A stretch of DNA of 64,000 nt from a virus. Taxonomy: Duplodnaviria > Caudoviricetes. Position numbers and translations under genes: made by a program. The notes below the pieces were generated by a model. That model was not told the DNA's origin. It worked only from the letters and a program-made list of their open reading frames with translations, and searched no databases. Below, piece after piece: positions 1 through 10,581 of this stretch (position 1 is the stretch's first letter; the number at the start of each line of letters is the position of its first letter). Location: the IMG/VR virus record IMGVR_UViG_3300028805_000067, positions 1 to 64,000 of that record. One strand, written 5' to 3'.

Positions 1-886
1 TATAAGTAGTTTCTTTCTCATTTAATTCTTCCTTTTTGCAACTATCTAATAATTCAAAAGTAAAATTCCATATTCCATATTTTTGCATAGCATTATATAG
101 TTTATTTGATGCGGGAGTGTCTATTCCGCAGCCGCATTTACAATGTTCCTGCCATCGCTTGTTAACATCGACCGCTTGCCCCACATAACACTCGCCAGTA
201 GGTATATAAGTAATTTTATAAATACCAGTAACAACTTTATCACCTAATACTTTGGATGATAATGTTTTAAGCGGTTTTTGTATATATGTTTGCCATAATA
301 ACATAGACAAAATACGCGGCGCATTTAACTGCTCTTTCCAACCAGACAACTTAATAAAATCTGCTTTATCAGCCTCGCTAATATGTAGCATATAAAATGA
401 TTTCTGTTCTTCAGCAGCTTGAAGCCGGCGCAAAGACTCGGTTGCCGCCACAACTATATCATTTATTTTATTAAACTGTTCTTTTGTTTCAGATATACTA
501 TCTTGCAAAGTTTCTGTAATATCTTGTTCCATTACTTTTGCATCATTTTTATATATATCTATATCAGTTGCGTATTTATTTTTTATATCAAATGCTTTAC
601 TTCTTTCTTGTTCTTCAATTGATTGTAAAGCAATTTCTTGTTGCTGCAGCGCTGAACTTAATTGTTCATGCAGCTTTTGCATTTGTTCATTTTGATTTTC
701 AATTTCTTTTGTATTTCTTGTTTTTATTTTTGCAAGATTATTAACTTCTTGTTGTAAGCGTTCCCGTTCACTAATAATCTCTTTATCTATCGTAATTTTA
801 TTTTGCAATTTTTGTTGCAACTTTAAATTAGATATTATTAATAATATTACAATAATACAAATAATAATTGCCAGAAATATCTTCAT
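1..886 (-). CDS. Membrane-anchored coiled-coil protein with C-terminal GIY-YIG nuclease domain (3' end runs off window; not in ORF track)
   Basis: Manual translation from ATG at 886: MKIFLAIIICIIVILLII (TM), Q/E-rich coiled coil, then VTGIYKITYIPTGECYVGQAVDVNKRWQEH...NFTFELL...ELNEKE (GIY-YIG motif with catalytic R and E). Confidence 0.8.
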   Translation of the reverse strand, partial: MKIFLAIIICIIVILLIISNLKLQQKLQNKITIDKEIISERERLQQEVNNLAKIKTRNTKEIENQNEQMQKLHEQLSSALQQQEIALQSIEEQERSKAFDIKNKYATDIDIYKNDAKVMEQDITETLQDSISETKEQFNKINDIVVAATESLRRLQAAEEQKSFYMLHISEADKADFIKLSGWKEQLNAPRILSMLLWQTYIQKPLKTLSSKVLGDKVVTGIYKITYIPTGECYVGQAVDVNKRWQEHCKCGCGIDTPASNKLYNAMQKYGIWNFTFELLDSCKKEELNEKETTY

Positions 887-887
887 A

Positions 888-917
888 ATAAAAGGCGGAA
901 AATTTTTCCGCCTTTAT
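888..917. terminator. Intrinsic terminator-like hairpin
   Basis: AAAGGCGGAAA-AT-TTTTCCGCCTTT inverted repeat downstream of ORF 937-1218. Confidence 0.6.
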
Positions 918-936
918 GCAGTTTTATATGAAGTTA

Positions 937-1218
937 TTATTCAGCGTCGGGAACATACTCTGGATCGAAGTCTTTATCTACAAGTTTAACAAACTTAATA
1001 GTCTTATTCTTACCATCTTCGCCCTCAACAATAGCCTCTTCTCTAGTCATAACACCATTCTTTGAGAATGTGAAGTTGATAATTGCGTTTACAGACCTAA
1101 CACCCATGTCAAGACCGTTTGCAATATCTGCTGCGGTAATATTAATACCCTTATCAGCTGCATCCTTTACAAAATAAAAAATCTGCTTTGCGTTGTCACT
1201 TAAACCTTTTGTTGCCAT
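937..1218 (-). CDS. Small winged-helix DNA-binding protein
   Basis: ITAADIANGLDMGVRSVNAII HTH-like pattern; AAGGAG RBS. Confidence 0.55.
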   Translation of the reverse strand: MATKGLSDNAKQIFYFVKDAADKGINITAADIANGLDMGVRSVNAIINFTFSKNGVMTREEAIVEGEDGKNKTIKFVKLVDKDFDPEYVPDAE

Positions 1219-1275
1219 AATTTTTCTTTTCTCCTTTAAATTATATAATATTTATTAAAAAGGTATTATTACCTT

Positions 1276-1512
1276 TTATACAAAATTATTCATCTGATGG
1301 TCACGACTAATTTTTACCTCTACCAATTGTGCAAGGTCACATAATTTGTCAAATGGGGTATCAGACATTAGTTTATCAATTTTAGCTTCGTTTTCTTGCA
1401 CATTTATGCCCAAAGAAATTTCTTTTTCTGCTTTATAAATCAAAGTCGCTATATCATTAAGTTCTCTATCAACAATTTGATGTTGTTTATTCATTATGAA
1501 TTTTCCTTTCAT
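1276..1512 (-). CDS. Hypothetical protein
   Basis: ORF directly downstream of a class-1 promoter. Confidence 0.55.
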   Translation of the reverse strand: MKGKFIMNKQHQIVDRELNDIATLIYKAEKEISLGINVQENEAKIDKLMSDTPFDKLCDLAQLVEVKISRDHQMNNFV

Positions 1513-1542
1513 CTTTCATAATAATATTATATCAAAATTTTT

Positions 1543-3531
1543 TTATTTTTTCAACAATTCTTGCAATTGCTCTTCATTAATGATTGACACACCTGACTCT
1601 TTTGCTTTCACATTTTTAGCAGAAGTGCTGTTTACATCATTATTAATAAGATAAGTTGTTTTTGAAGATACCGCGGAGGCCACTTTACCGCCTGCCGCCT
1701 CAATCATTTCCTTAACTTTCTCTCTTGAGCCAAGATTAAGTTTACCTGTAATAACAAAAGTTTTTCCTTCAAGAGAAGTAGCAATTTTTTCTTCTTCTAA
1801 TGCTTTCTCAAAAGTTAAGAAATTTTTAACTATATTTTTAGCCTCTTCATAATCAAAACGATACATAGACTTAATCATTTCATAACCAAAGCCTTTTAAG
1901 TTCCACTTATATGTATCATCCTCTATTGCCGCCATAAAATTATCCCAAGTGTTAAAATGTTTTGCAAGTTGCTTCGCGGCGGTCTGTCCAATCAAAGGAA
2001 TACCTAGAGCTGATATAAACTTATCAAGCTGAACATTTTTACAGCTATCATCTATTGCTTGCAATATCTTGCTTACTGAGGCCTGACCGAAGCCCGCAGT
2101 ATTAATCCATTTCTGCTCATACTGTCTTAATGTATACATATCAGAAATGCTATTTACCCATCCCCAATCAATTAACTTTTCAATTGTTGCTTTTGAGATA
2201 CCTTTTACATCAAGTCCTTTTTTACCAAAATAATGGTCTATTACATTTACAAGTTTACCTTCACAATTTGGGTTACTACAATATAGATTTATTGTTCCAT
2301 TGTTTTCTTTATAATTTACATTTCCTTCACATATAGGACATCTTTCTGGTTTATCATTTGCAGTCGCTCCTCCATGAGAAATAATATAGCTATAATCATA
2401 ATGCGGGCCCGCTTCTGCAATTTGAGGTATTATTTGATTAGCTTTATAGATTTTTAACGGTTCTCCTACATAAGCACAATCTCCAAGTAATTCTTTCATT
2501 ATACTAACATTATGTAAACTTGCTCTTTCTACTATTGTGCCATCAATTTCAATAGGGTCAAATACAGCAACAGGTGTTAATACTCCTGTTCTACCCATAG
2601 TCCATTTTATATATTTCAATCTTGTATCATATAATTCATCATAAAACTTATAAGCAAGCCCGCCATTAAAGTGATGTTCAGTTCTGCCAGCATTACTGTA
2701 TTCTTGGCAATCATCCCACTTAAATACAATACCATCAATTGGATAACCAGTAGCATCTTTTTGTATGCGTGAAATTGCGTACTCAATTTGCTCTGTATTA
2801 TTTTCAAGATTATGCTGTATAGGTGCTATTGTAAAACCTAAATCTTCTGCTTCATATAATTTATTTACCAATGTTAAATCTTTTTTATATGTATATCCTG
2901 CAATAACATCCCAAGCTATAAAGCTAAGTTCTCTCTTTGCACATTCTCTTGCATTAAGTAACCTAATACTACCAGCAGCGAAATTACGAGCATTTTGATA
3001 CTTATCTTTGAACCAAGAGAAAGTTTCATCATCACATATAATTTCTCCGTCAATAATATATTCTTCTTTTATATCTATCTTTTTAGGCACATTTCTAACT
3101 GTCATTATATTATGAGTTATATCTTCGCCTATTTCACCATTTCCTCTTGTTTCTGCTCTAACAATCTTGCCATCTTCATAGGTTATTCTACAACTTAACC
3201 CATCAAGTTTAGCCATAGCAACCCAATTATGTTTTCCAAGGAAAGCAGATACTTCTTCTATACTTTTTGTTTTAGCAAGAGAAAGCATAGGTTGATATTC
3301 ATGTTTAACTTTCTTTAATTCATTTACAACTTCATAATTAATTTTTTTAGTTGGCGAATTATCTGCACATATTTTATTTATTTCTTCATATTTAGCTATT
3401 TTAAAATATAAATCGTCCCACTCTTTATCAGATACTATAGGATGTCCTTCATCATAAGCTTTAGTCCATTCATTTAATTTATTTATTGCTATAAAATATC
3501 CTGTGTGGTCAATTCTTGCCATTATCTCCAT
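1543..3531 (-). CDS. ligA: NAD+-dependent DNA ligase
   Basis: KLDG adenylation motif, TRGNGEIGEDIT, NARNFAAGS, GRTGVLTP, RASLHN, Zn finger, HhH repeats, C-terminal BRCT (VITGKL...VSSKTTYLI). Confidence 0.97.
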   Translation of the reverse strand: MEIMARIDHTGYFIAINKLNEWTKAYDEGHPIVSDKEWDDLYFKIAKYEEINKICADNSPTKKINYEVVNELKKVKHEYQPMLSLAKTKSIEEVSAFLGKHNWVAMAKLDGLSCRITYEDGKIVRAETRGNGEIGEDITHNIMTVRNVPKKIDIKEEYIIDGEIICDDETFSWFKDKYQNARNFAAGSIRLLNARECAKRELSFIAWDVIAGYTYKKDLTLVNKLYEAEDLGFTIAPIQHNLENNTEQIEYAISRIQKDATGYPIDGIVFKWDDCQEYSNAGRTEHHFNGGLAYKFYDELYDTRLKYIKWTMGRTGVLTPVAVFDPIEIDGTIVERASLHNVSIMKELLGDCAYVGEPLKIYKANQIIPQIAEAGPHYDYSYIISHGGATANDKPERCPICEGNVNYKENNGTINLYCSNPNCEGKLVNVIDHYFGKKGLDVKGISKATIEKLIDWGWVNSISDMYTLRQYEQKWINTAGFGQASVSKILQAIDDSCKNVQLDKFISALGIPLIGQTAAKQLAKHFNTWDNFMAAIEDDTYKWNLKGFGYEMIKSMYRFDYEEAKNIVKNFLTFEKALEEEKIATSLEGKTFVITGKLNLGSREKVKEMIEAAGGKVASAVSSKTTYLINNDVNSTSAKNVKAKESGVSIINEEQLQELLKK

Positions 3532-4070
3532 CTCCTAAATATACTATTCTGGTCTGGTACAAAATCAGCTTGCCATTCCCTATTGCGTTTTGTAAAAAAT
3601 CTTTTTGGATATTCAATATCATTAAAGCCAGGAAATGTATATATCCAATTACTTTCTAATTTTATTACTTCTTTATTATAAGCTAGATATTGTTCAAAAA
3701 CATTATAATCAATTAATTCTTTTATTGAAATTGTAACTCCATTAATTGCATAAAGTTTTCCATATCGTTGTAAATATTCATATAATTCAAGAGCATTAGT
3801 ATATACATAAATATTTTTTATATTTGGATACTTATCTTTTAATTCTTTAGCAAACTTACAAGGATCTTCATAAGCAAAAGGTTCTCCGCCTGTTAAAAAT
3901 ATACGCTCTGCATTTTTTAATTCATCATCTGTAACAAAATCTATATCATTAATATTATATTGATTATTACAACATAATGGACATTTTCTATCACAAATAT
4001 CAGTTATCATTAAATGTATTGTTTTTTCCGTGCGTTCATTCTTTTCATTTAGTTTTGCCATTTTTATCAC
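3522..4070 (-). CDS. Radical SAM protein (NrdG/QueE-like activase type)
   Basis: CDRKCPLC (CxxxCxxC), LTGGEP, VYTN. Confidence 0.85.
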   Translation of the reverse strand: MIKMAKLNEKNERTEKTIHLMITDICDRKCPLCCNNQYNINDIDFVTDDELKNAERIFLTGGEPFAYEDPCKFAKELKDKYPNIKNIYVYTNALELYEYLQRYGKLYAINGVTISIKELIDYNVFEQYLAYNKEVIKLESNWIYTFPGFNDIEYPKRFFTKRNREWQADFVPDQNSIFRRWR

Positions 4071-4156
4071 CTTTTTCTTTTTTATTTTTTACAATTATAT
4101 TATATCAAAAATTTCATAAAAAATAAAGGCGGGGTGCGCAGCCTCGCCTTCATTAA

Positions 4157-6535
4157 TTAAAGTGTAACAACTTTTGTAATAGTGCTATCTTTTATCATTA
4201 TATTTCCCATAGCAATTTTAGATGTTACAGGGATATCAGTAGTCGATATGCAAATACTATTTGGGCTACCTATTAACAATATTGAATCGGCATCCTTAAT
4301 ATATGCGGCGCCTGCAATAGGTGTTTTAGATAATTGCACACCTTTTCCACCTCTTGCTTGAGCTGTCAATTCAATTGGTTTAATTTGTTTACCATATCCA
4401 TTAGTAGTAAATACAGCTAAATTGCTATCTTGTACTACAAGGCCTTGGATAACATAATCATTATCTAGTTTAATACCTTTAACACCCTGAGTAGTTCTAC
4501 CAGTTGCGCTAACTTCATTACTATTGAACTTAATACTATAACTTCTTGCAGTAATAATTTGCACTAAATCATTTGAGTTCACAAAAACTACATTAACAAG
4601 ACTATCTCCTTCTTTAAGTGTGATTGCGGCGATACCTGTTCCACGCTTTACTTTTGAGTATTCATCAAATGCAGTTTTCTTCACAAGACCATTTTTTGTA
4701 AAGAACATTACATATTCAGAATTATTTTCATAACTCATTGTAGTTACTGCAATTACTTCTTCATCCATACTCATTTTAACAAGCTGCTTAATATTTGTTC
4801 CTTTACTTGCATTTGTGCCAATAGGAACATTGTCTACAAGTAGCTTATACATCTTTCCAGAGTTGGTAAAGATAAGTACATTATCAATAGTGCTAGTTTT
4901 AACTACTGATAATAATGCTTCGTCAAGAGTTTTAGTTCCTTTCCCGTTGCGGCGTTGCGTCTTAAATGATGTTTTAGGGATGCGTTTAATGAGGCCACTT
5001 TTAGTTGTAACTACTACGACATCCTCAGGAACAACTGCTGCTACTTCTTTTTCAGCTCTTTCTTCTGCTACTTGTATAACTTCTGTTTTACGAGGCTTGC
5101 CATATTTTTTTGCAAAAGCATTAAATCTATCAATAAATATTTGCATTTGCTTATCAGCATTGGTTAAAATTTCATCACAAATTTTAATTGTTGATTCAAG
5201 TTGTGCAGCTTCTTTTTCAAGTTCAATACCATCAAGTTTAGTTAATGAACTTAATTTCATAGCAAGAATAGCCTTAGCTTGTTTTTCAGTAAAATCCCAT
5301 ACTTTCATCAGGGTTTCTTTAGCAACTATAGAATTAGATGATTTTTTAATTTCCTCTATAATATTATTTATATCTGCTAGCGCTTTAAGAAGTCCATCTA
5401 CAACTTCTTTTCTATCTTTTGCTTTTTCTTTTATAAATTTATATTCATTATAAATACAGTTTATATTATGTTGAATATAAATAGTTAAATATTCTTTAAG
5501 ATTAAGTAATTGAGGTGTTTTACCAACAAGGGCAAATTGATTAGCTGAGTATGATTTTTGTAAATCAGTATCTTTAAAAAGTTTTTTCAATACTCCTTCA
5601 GGGTTGCCGCTACATTCAACTTCAACTAAAATACCTTTTTTATTACTTCTATTATATATAGATTCAATTGCAATATCATCACTAGCTATTAATTTTTTAA
5701 CGCTATCAATCCAAGATTCAATATATACTTGATAAGGAAATTCAGTTATATATATACTATTACCTTTAATTTCAGTTTTCGCTCTTAATACAACTTTACC
5801 TTTTCCTGTTTCATATATATTTTTAACTTCATTTTTATTAATAATAATACCACCACTTGGAAATGAAGGATAAAGATTAGTATAATCTACTTCTTTTGTA
5901 GTGTTATATGTATCACAAAACTTATTAATAACTGGTACTAAATCACTTAACTCATGTGGCAGCCATACATTTGCAATAGTGACACCTATTCCTTGACAAC
6001 CATTAATCATAAGTCTAGGATATAGAGCTGGCAACACTTCAGGCCACTCATCATCTTCTGAAAAGTTCTTAATCATATTAACAGTATTTTGTTTAATATT
6101 ATTAAATAAACCTTCTTCAACAGCTTTAGAAAGGCGGGCTTCAGTGTATCTACTAGCAGCTGGTTCTCCACTTATTATTTGAGAACCATTTGCTCCGTGC
6201 CAATCTACTTCTGGAATGTTATTAATCCATGACTGAGACATTCTAGCAAATGTTTCATATATAGCAGCATCACCATGTGGCCACCAGTTAGCAATAACAC
6301 CGCCGCTAATTTTTGCAGATTTTACATGAGGTTTATTGCTAGTATAACCTTTATTATACATTTCCCAAAGGCAAGCTCTTTGCCCTGGTTTTAAGCCATC
6401 ACGCGCATCTGCAAATGCACGCTGTGAATTGGCCTCATAAGCAAAATCAATAAAATTTTGATGCAATTCTTCGCATATATCAATTTTCTGCAAACCAAAT
6501 ACACCAAATGTATTAAATGTTGATTTATTAATCAT
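4157..6535 (-). CDS. gyrA: Type IIA topoisomerase subunit A (gyrase A-like)
   Basis: DARDGLKPGQR, PHGD, ASRYTEARL active-site Tyr, beta-pinwheel CTD with QRRNGKG GyrA-box; likely start ATG 6535. Confidence 0.92.
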   Translation of the reverse strand: MINKSTFNTFGVFGLQKIDICEELHQNFIDFAYEANSQRAFADARDGLKPGQRACLWEMYNKGYTSNKPHVKSAKISGGVIANWWPHGDAAIYETFARMSQSWINNIPEVDWHGANGSQIISGEPAASRYTEARLSKAVEEGLFNNIKQNTVNMIKNFSEDDEWPEVLPALYPRLMINGCQGIGVTIANVWLPHELSDLVPVINKFCDTYNTTKEVDYTNLYPSFPSGGIIINKNEVKNIYETGKGKVVLRAKTEIKGNSIYITEFPYQVYIESWIDSVKKLIASDDIAIESIYNRSNKKGILVEVECSGNPEGVLKKLFKDTDLQKSYSANQFALVGKTPQLLNLKEYLTIYIQHNINCIYNEYKFIKEKAKDRKEVVDGLLKALADINNIIEEIKKSSNSIVAKETLMKVWDFTEKQAKAILAMKLSSLTKLDGIELEKEAAQLESTIKICDEILTNADKQMQIFIDRFNAFAKKYGKPRKTEVIQVAEERAEKEVAAVVPEDVVVVTTKSGLIKRIPKTSFKTQRRNGKGTKTLDEALLSVVKTSTIDNVLIFTNSGKMYKLLVDNVPIGTNASKGTNIKQLVKMSMDEEVIAVTTMSYENNSEYVMFFTKNGLVKKTAFDEYSKVKRGTGIAAITLKEGDSLVNVVFVNSNDLVQIITARSYSIKFNSNEVSATGRTTQGVKGIKLDNDYVIQGLVVQDSNLAVFTTNGYGKQIKPIELTAQARGGKGVQLSKTPIAGAAYIKDADSILLIGSPNSICISTTDIPVTSKIAMGNIMIKDSTITKVVTL

Positions 6536-8438
6536 TATTAGCCTCCTCACTATGTTTAAGTAAATATTCTCGACGCGGCGGAACTGAAGGCCCCATTAAA
6601 CATTCAATTAGCCAGCTTGCTTTTTCCATATCATTTACTGTTATTTGCATTACATTTCTTGTTTCAGGATTAATTAAACAGTCCATTAATTCAGTTGAGT
6701 CTTGTTCACCTAACCCTTTATTTCTGTTTATCAGATATTTTTCACCTTGATGCTGCATTTTATATTCATCAAGCGCAGCACCATCTTTTAAGAAGATATA
6801 TTCATTTTTCTTTGTTGTAATTCTAAAAAGTGGCGGCATTGTTGTATATATGTGACCATATAAGATAAGTTCCGGACACAACCACCAAAACATTTCAAGT
6901 AGAAGATTTTTAATAGCTTGACCATCTGGATCACCATCTGCACAAAGTAAAATTTTACCATATCTTAATTTTGTTTTATCATATATTAATTTACCTGTTT
7001 TTGTGTCTAATTCAAGTCCTAATGCTTTTACAAGATTATTTACTTCTTGATTAGCAAATATTTTTTCTATTGTATTTTTATATGCCGCAATAATTTTACC
7101 TCTAATGGGAAATATAGCATGTATTTCTGGATTTCTTGCTTCAACTAATCCAGATGCAGCACTATCACCTTCTACAATTAGTAGCTCACATTCTAATCTA
7201 TTTTTGCTATTGGCATCTACTAATTTGCTAGGCATATTTAATAGAGTTTGCTTTTTGGTTTTTTTACCTTGACCTCTAGCAGCGTCTCTAGCTTTCTTAG
7301 CAGCCTCACGAGCCTTACGCGCATTGATAGATTTATCAGCAATTGCTTTAATTTCTTTTTCATTCTGATTAAGCCATATTTGGAGGTTTTCTACCAAAGC
7401 CTGACTAAAAGGTGTCATATCTATCTTCGTTACCCTGCTTTTTACTTGCGCGTCATATGATACACCAGATGTAGTTATATTGAATACTATATATAAGCCT
7501 TCTTGTATATCATCACCTGTCAAATTTTCATCTTTATCTTTTAGCCATTTCTTTTCTCTAAAGAATTTATTGAACTCTCTTGTAAGAATAGTTTTTATCT
7601 GTGTAATGTGTGGGCCGCTATCTGTAAGACCTGTATTAACATATGGAACAATAGTTGAGCTATATTTATCTGTATAAGTCAATATCATATCCATTTTATT
7701 TTTGCCATTTTCATATTTAATCTCAAGTCTGTTTTTAATAATTTCAGAATCACCAATAGCGATATCCGCCAAATCATTCAATCCATTTTTTGAAAAGAAG
7801 ATTTCTTTTTTGCCATTGTTATTTAATTCAATTGTTAATCCAGGACACAGGCAAGTAATTGTATGAAACAGATTCTTTACTTTTGTTATTTCTACTTCTG
7901 TATGCGTAAAAAATTCTTCTGAAGGTGTCCAAGCAACTTTAGTACCATGAGTAGCTTTATCACAAGTACCTAATGTTCTCTTCTTAAATACACCCTCTTC
8001 AAATACTATATTTTCAGTTTTGCCATCTCTACATGTTAATACTTCTAGCCAATGTGAAAGATATGTAGTTATCTTACTACCTATACCAAAGCTACCAAGT
8101 GAAGTTCCTTCATAAGTACCATCTTCTCTATATTTGCCAGAAGTGTTAAGCTCACTAAAGGCAGCTTCAAGTACTGTCATATCAGAACCTTCCATTTTCT
8201 GATTAATAAGAAAGCCCTGTCCATTATCGGTAACTACAATGGTAGAGTCATTAATATCAACAGTAATGGTTGAGCCATTACCTAATCTATATTCATCTAC
8301 CGCATTAGAAACAATCTCTACAAGTAACTGTGTACTATAAGTAGTATCACCACAATATACACCTGGCTTAAGTCGTGTAAACTCAAGTGGTGACAAGTGC
8401 TCAATACTTGATTTATCATAAAGTTTATTTGCCATCAT
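6528..8438 (-). CDS. gyrB: Type IIA topoisomerase subunit B (gyrase B-like)
   Basis: GHKL motifs EIVSNAVDE and DNGQG; TOPRIM VEGDSA, PIRGK, DGDPDG; NKGLGE. Confidence 0.93.
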   Translation of the reverse strand: MMANKLYDKSSIEHLSPLEFTRLKPGVYCGDTTYSTQLLVEIVSNAVDEYRLGNGSTITVDINDSTIVVTDNGQGFLINQKMEGSDMTVLEAAFSELNTSGKYREDGTYEGTSLGSFGIGSKITTYLSHWLEVLTCRDGKTENIVFEEGVFKKRTLGTCDKATHGTKVAWTPSEEFFTHTEVEITKVKNLFHTITCLCPGLTIELNNNGKKEIFFSKNGLNDLADIAIGDSEIIKNRLEIKYENGKNKMDMILTYTDKYSSTIVPYVNTGLTDSGPHITQIKTILTREFNKFFREKKWLKDKDENLTGDDIQEGLYIVFNITTSGVSYDAQVKSRVTKIDMTPFSQALVENLQIWLNQNEKEIKAIADKSINARKAREAAKKARDAARGQGKKTKKQTLLNMPSKLVDANSKNRLECELLIVEGDSAASGLVEARNPEIHAIFPIRGKIIAAYKNTIEKIFANQEVNNLVKALGLELDTKTGKLIYDKTKLRYGKILLCADGDPDGQAIKNLLLEMFWWLCPELILYGHIYTTMPPLFRITTKKNEYIFLKDGAALDEYKMQHQGEKYLINRNKGLGEQDSTELMDCLINPETRNVMQITVNDMEKASWLIECLMGPSVPPRREYLLKHSEEANND

Positions 8439-8694
8439 CCACCTCTGTAATTAAAATATTTGGTTTAAGCTGTTTTAATATTTTTACAATTATTTCATAT
8501 AAAGTTTCTTTATTAGTTAGTTCTATATTTATTGTGTCTGGTAAAGCATATACTTGTTTATTTGGATTATTTTCTTCTATCATATCATATGCTTCTTTTA
8601 AATCAGATATATCTATTAATGGTTGACCATATTCATCAACTTTATAATATATTATGATATAATCATCTTTAACAACTGTATAAGTTTCTTGCAT
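8425..8694 (-). CDS. Hypothetical protein
   Basis: Tightly packed ORF between rnhA and gyrB. Confidence 0.55.
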   Translation of the reverse strand: MQETYTVVKDDYIIIYYKVDEYGQPLIDISDLKEAYDMIEENNPNKQVYALPDTINIELTNKETLYEIIVKILKQLKPNILITEVDDGK

Positions 8695-9222
8695 TTAATC
8701 TTCTCCTAATAATATGTCATAATATTTTTCAATTTTCTTTGCGTTTTTTGTTGCTAATGCATCTGCATACTCATTACCTGGATTACCATTATGTCCTTTA
8801 ATATAAGTTATACTATAATTATGACCTCTGAGGCGGGAAAGGCAGTCATAAAGCTCCATTACTAGTTTGAGATTTTTTATCTCGCCACTAGATTTTTGCC
8901 AATCATTTGCTTGCCATTTCCATATCCAGTCATTACACATATTTACTACATAAGAAGAATCACAAAAGATAATAATATCTGCTACATCATCTTGTTTTTC
9001 TTTTAATTCAGAAATATAATTTAATGCCCAAATCATACCTTTTATTTCTTCTTGATTGTTAGTAGTATTCTCACAGATACAAGAAACAGAAGCAACAATA
9101 TCTTTTTCTTCAATAATGTCATCTTTATTTACTAACATTTCAATTACAACTACTCCAAAACCACCGGGGCCTGGGTTAGGCGCTGCTGAACCGTCAGTAT
9201 AAATATGATATATTTTTCTCAT
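8695..9222 (-). CDS. rnhA: Ribonuclease HI
   Basis: YTDGSAAPNPGPGG, TTNNQEE, CDSSYV, KGHNGNPGNEYADALA; likely start ATG 9222. Confidence 0.93.
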   Translation of the reverse strand: MRKIYHIYTDGSAAPNPGPGGFGVVVIEMLVNKDDIIEEKDIVASVSCICENTTNNQEEIKGMIWALNYISELKEKQDDVADIIIFCDSSYVVNMCNDWIWKWQANDWQKSSGEIKNLKLVMELYDCLSRLRGHNYSITYIKGHNGNPGNEYADALATKNAKKIEKYYDILLGED

Positions 9223-9288
9223 ATCTTTTCTCCTTTTTTTATTTTTCATAATTATTATATCATAATTTTTCAAAAAAAGCAAAAAAAA

Positions 9289-9322
9289 TAGAGTGTAAGT
9301 ATATTTACATACTTACACTCTA
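9289..9322 (-). terminator. Terminator after endolysin
   Basis: TAGAGTGTAAGTAT...ATACTTACACTCTA hairpin followed by T-run on minus strand. Confidence 0.7.
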
Positions 9323-9332
9323 AAAAATTTTA

Positions 9333-10247
9333 TTATTTACTGTATGCTTTAGCTGCCGCTAATGACTTCTTACCAAATAAACCATCTGCCGCAATCTTAC
9401 ATTTAGACTGAAAATCAATTACAGCATTTCTTGTAACCTTACCATACCAACCATCTACAGTAAGTTTATAGTTACTAAACCAATTGAGATACTTCTGAAG
9501 CTTTTTAACTTCGTCACTCCTATCATTCAAGTGGAAATAACCTCTTGCGGGCAATGTAGGATATGCACCAGTATATTTACTTTTTACAACTGGTGCGGGT
9601 GTAGGCTCTTTTAATAAAGCAGCTACATCTTTTCTAACATCATCCATTGTTTTACCATATTTGTTAAACCAATGATAAACATCCACATGATTGCTACCAA
9701 GTTTTAAATTAGCACTATCTTTATGGCATAAAATAGTAGGCACATCTAATGTACCATATTTAGTTTTTCCAAGAGGATTGATATTATACTTTTTACAAAG
9801 ATATGCTGTCAACTCACAGGCTTCCTTATATACAGCATTAAAGTAGTTCTTATCCCCAAGAGAATCCTCGCATATTTCAAACTGTATCCAGCCATTGTTA
9901 CATGAACCTCTAGACCCTGAACCACAACCCCAAGGTCTATAATCCCAAGGCATGGTTTGAACTGCGGCAACACTGCCGTCCGCCATCTTACCAATCCAAG
10001 CATTTAATCCAGCTGAACGATAAATATGATTCCAATCATTGTTATAAGGATTTTTACCAATAATTTTAATTAATTTATCTCTATCAGCTGCATTATCATC
10101 TGGCTGAACATATCTTTTAACATTAGGATTATTTACACCTGTACTATGCCATAAGATACCTTTAACATCCATTTTTCTTGTACCCTTATAGCAAGTGCTT
10201 TGAGTCATCATGCAAACTAAAGGTTTATTTATATCACTATATTTCAT
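9333..10247 (-). CDS. Endolysin: N-acetylmuramoyl-L-alanine amidase with C-terminal peptidoglycan-binding domain
   Basis: Amidase_2-like ILWHSTG...IQFEICED...ILCH...SNHVD; PG_binding_1-like VKKLQKYLN..VDGWYG..T..AV..FQ...ADGLFG. Confidence 0.9.
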   Translation of the reverse strand: MKYSDINKPLVCMMTQSTCYKGTRKMDVKGILWHSTGVNNPNVKRYVQPDDNAADRDKLIKIIGKNPYNNDWNHIYRSAGLNAWIGKMADGSVAAVQTMPWDYRPWGCGSGSRGSCNNGWIQFEICEDSLGDKNYFNAVYKEACELTAYLCKKYNINPLGKTKYGTLDVPTILCHKDSANLKLGSNHVDVYHWFNKYGKTMDDVRKDVAALLKEPTPAPVVKSKYTGAYPTLPARGYFHLNDRSDEVKKLQKYLNWFSNYKLTVDGWYGKVTRNAVIDFQSKCKIAADGLFGKKSLAAAKAYSK

Positions 10248-10248
10248 A

Positions 10249-10581
10249 CTATGATTCCTCCTTTTGCGCAATACTAGGATGTACATTCATATTATCCTCA
10301 ACTTCTTGTAATACTTGTTCTACTAATATTTCAAACATTTCAAAATTAATCTTTTTGGCTAATTTAGGAAATGCTTTTACAAATTGATTATATACATCAT
10401 GTAATTTAACTACACCAGTATCTTCACCATAGCTAATTTCAGCTTTGTAAATAATCATCCATAACCAATTTTTCAAGATTTCTACATTATCATCACCAAT
10501 TTTTGCGGCGAGCATCGCAAAAATGCAGCCTATTCCACCACCTATTAATGCTGCAATAATACTAACTATTATAGTCCACAT
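10249..10581 (-). CDS. Holin-like protein (LL-H family-like)
   Basis: N-terminal TM helix, AE..YG..TG..KL motif, adjacent to endolysin. Confidence 0.6.
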   Translation of the reverse strand: MWTIIVSIIAALIGGGIGCIFAMLAAKIGDDNVEILKNWLWMIIYKAEISYGEDTGVVKLHDVYNQFVKAFPKLAKKINFEMFEILVEQVLQEVEDNMNVHPSIAQKEES

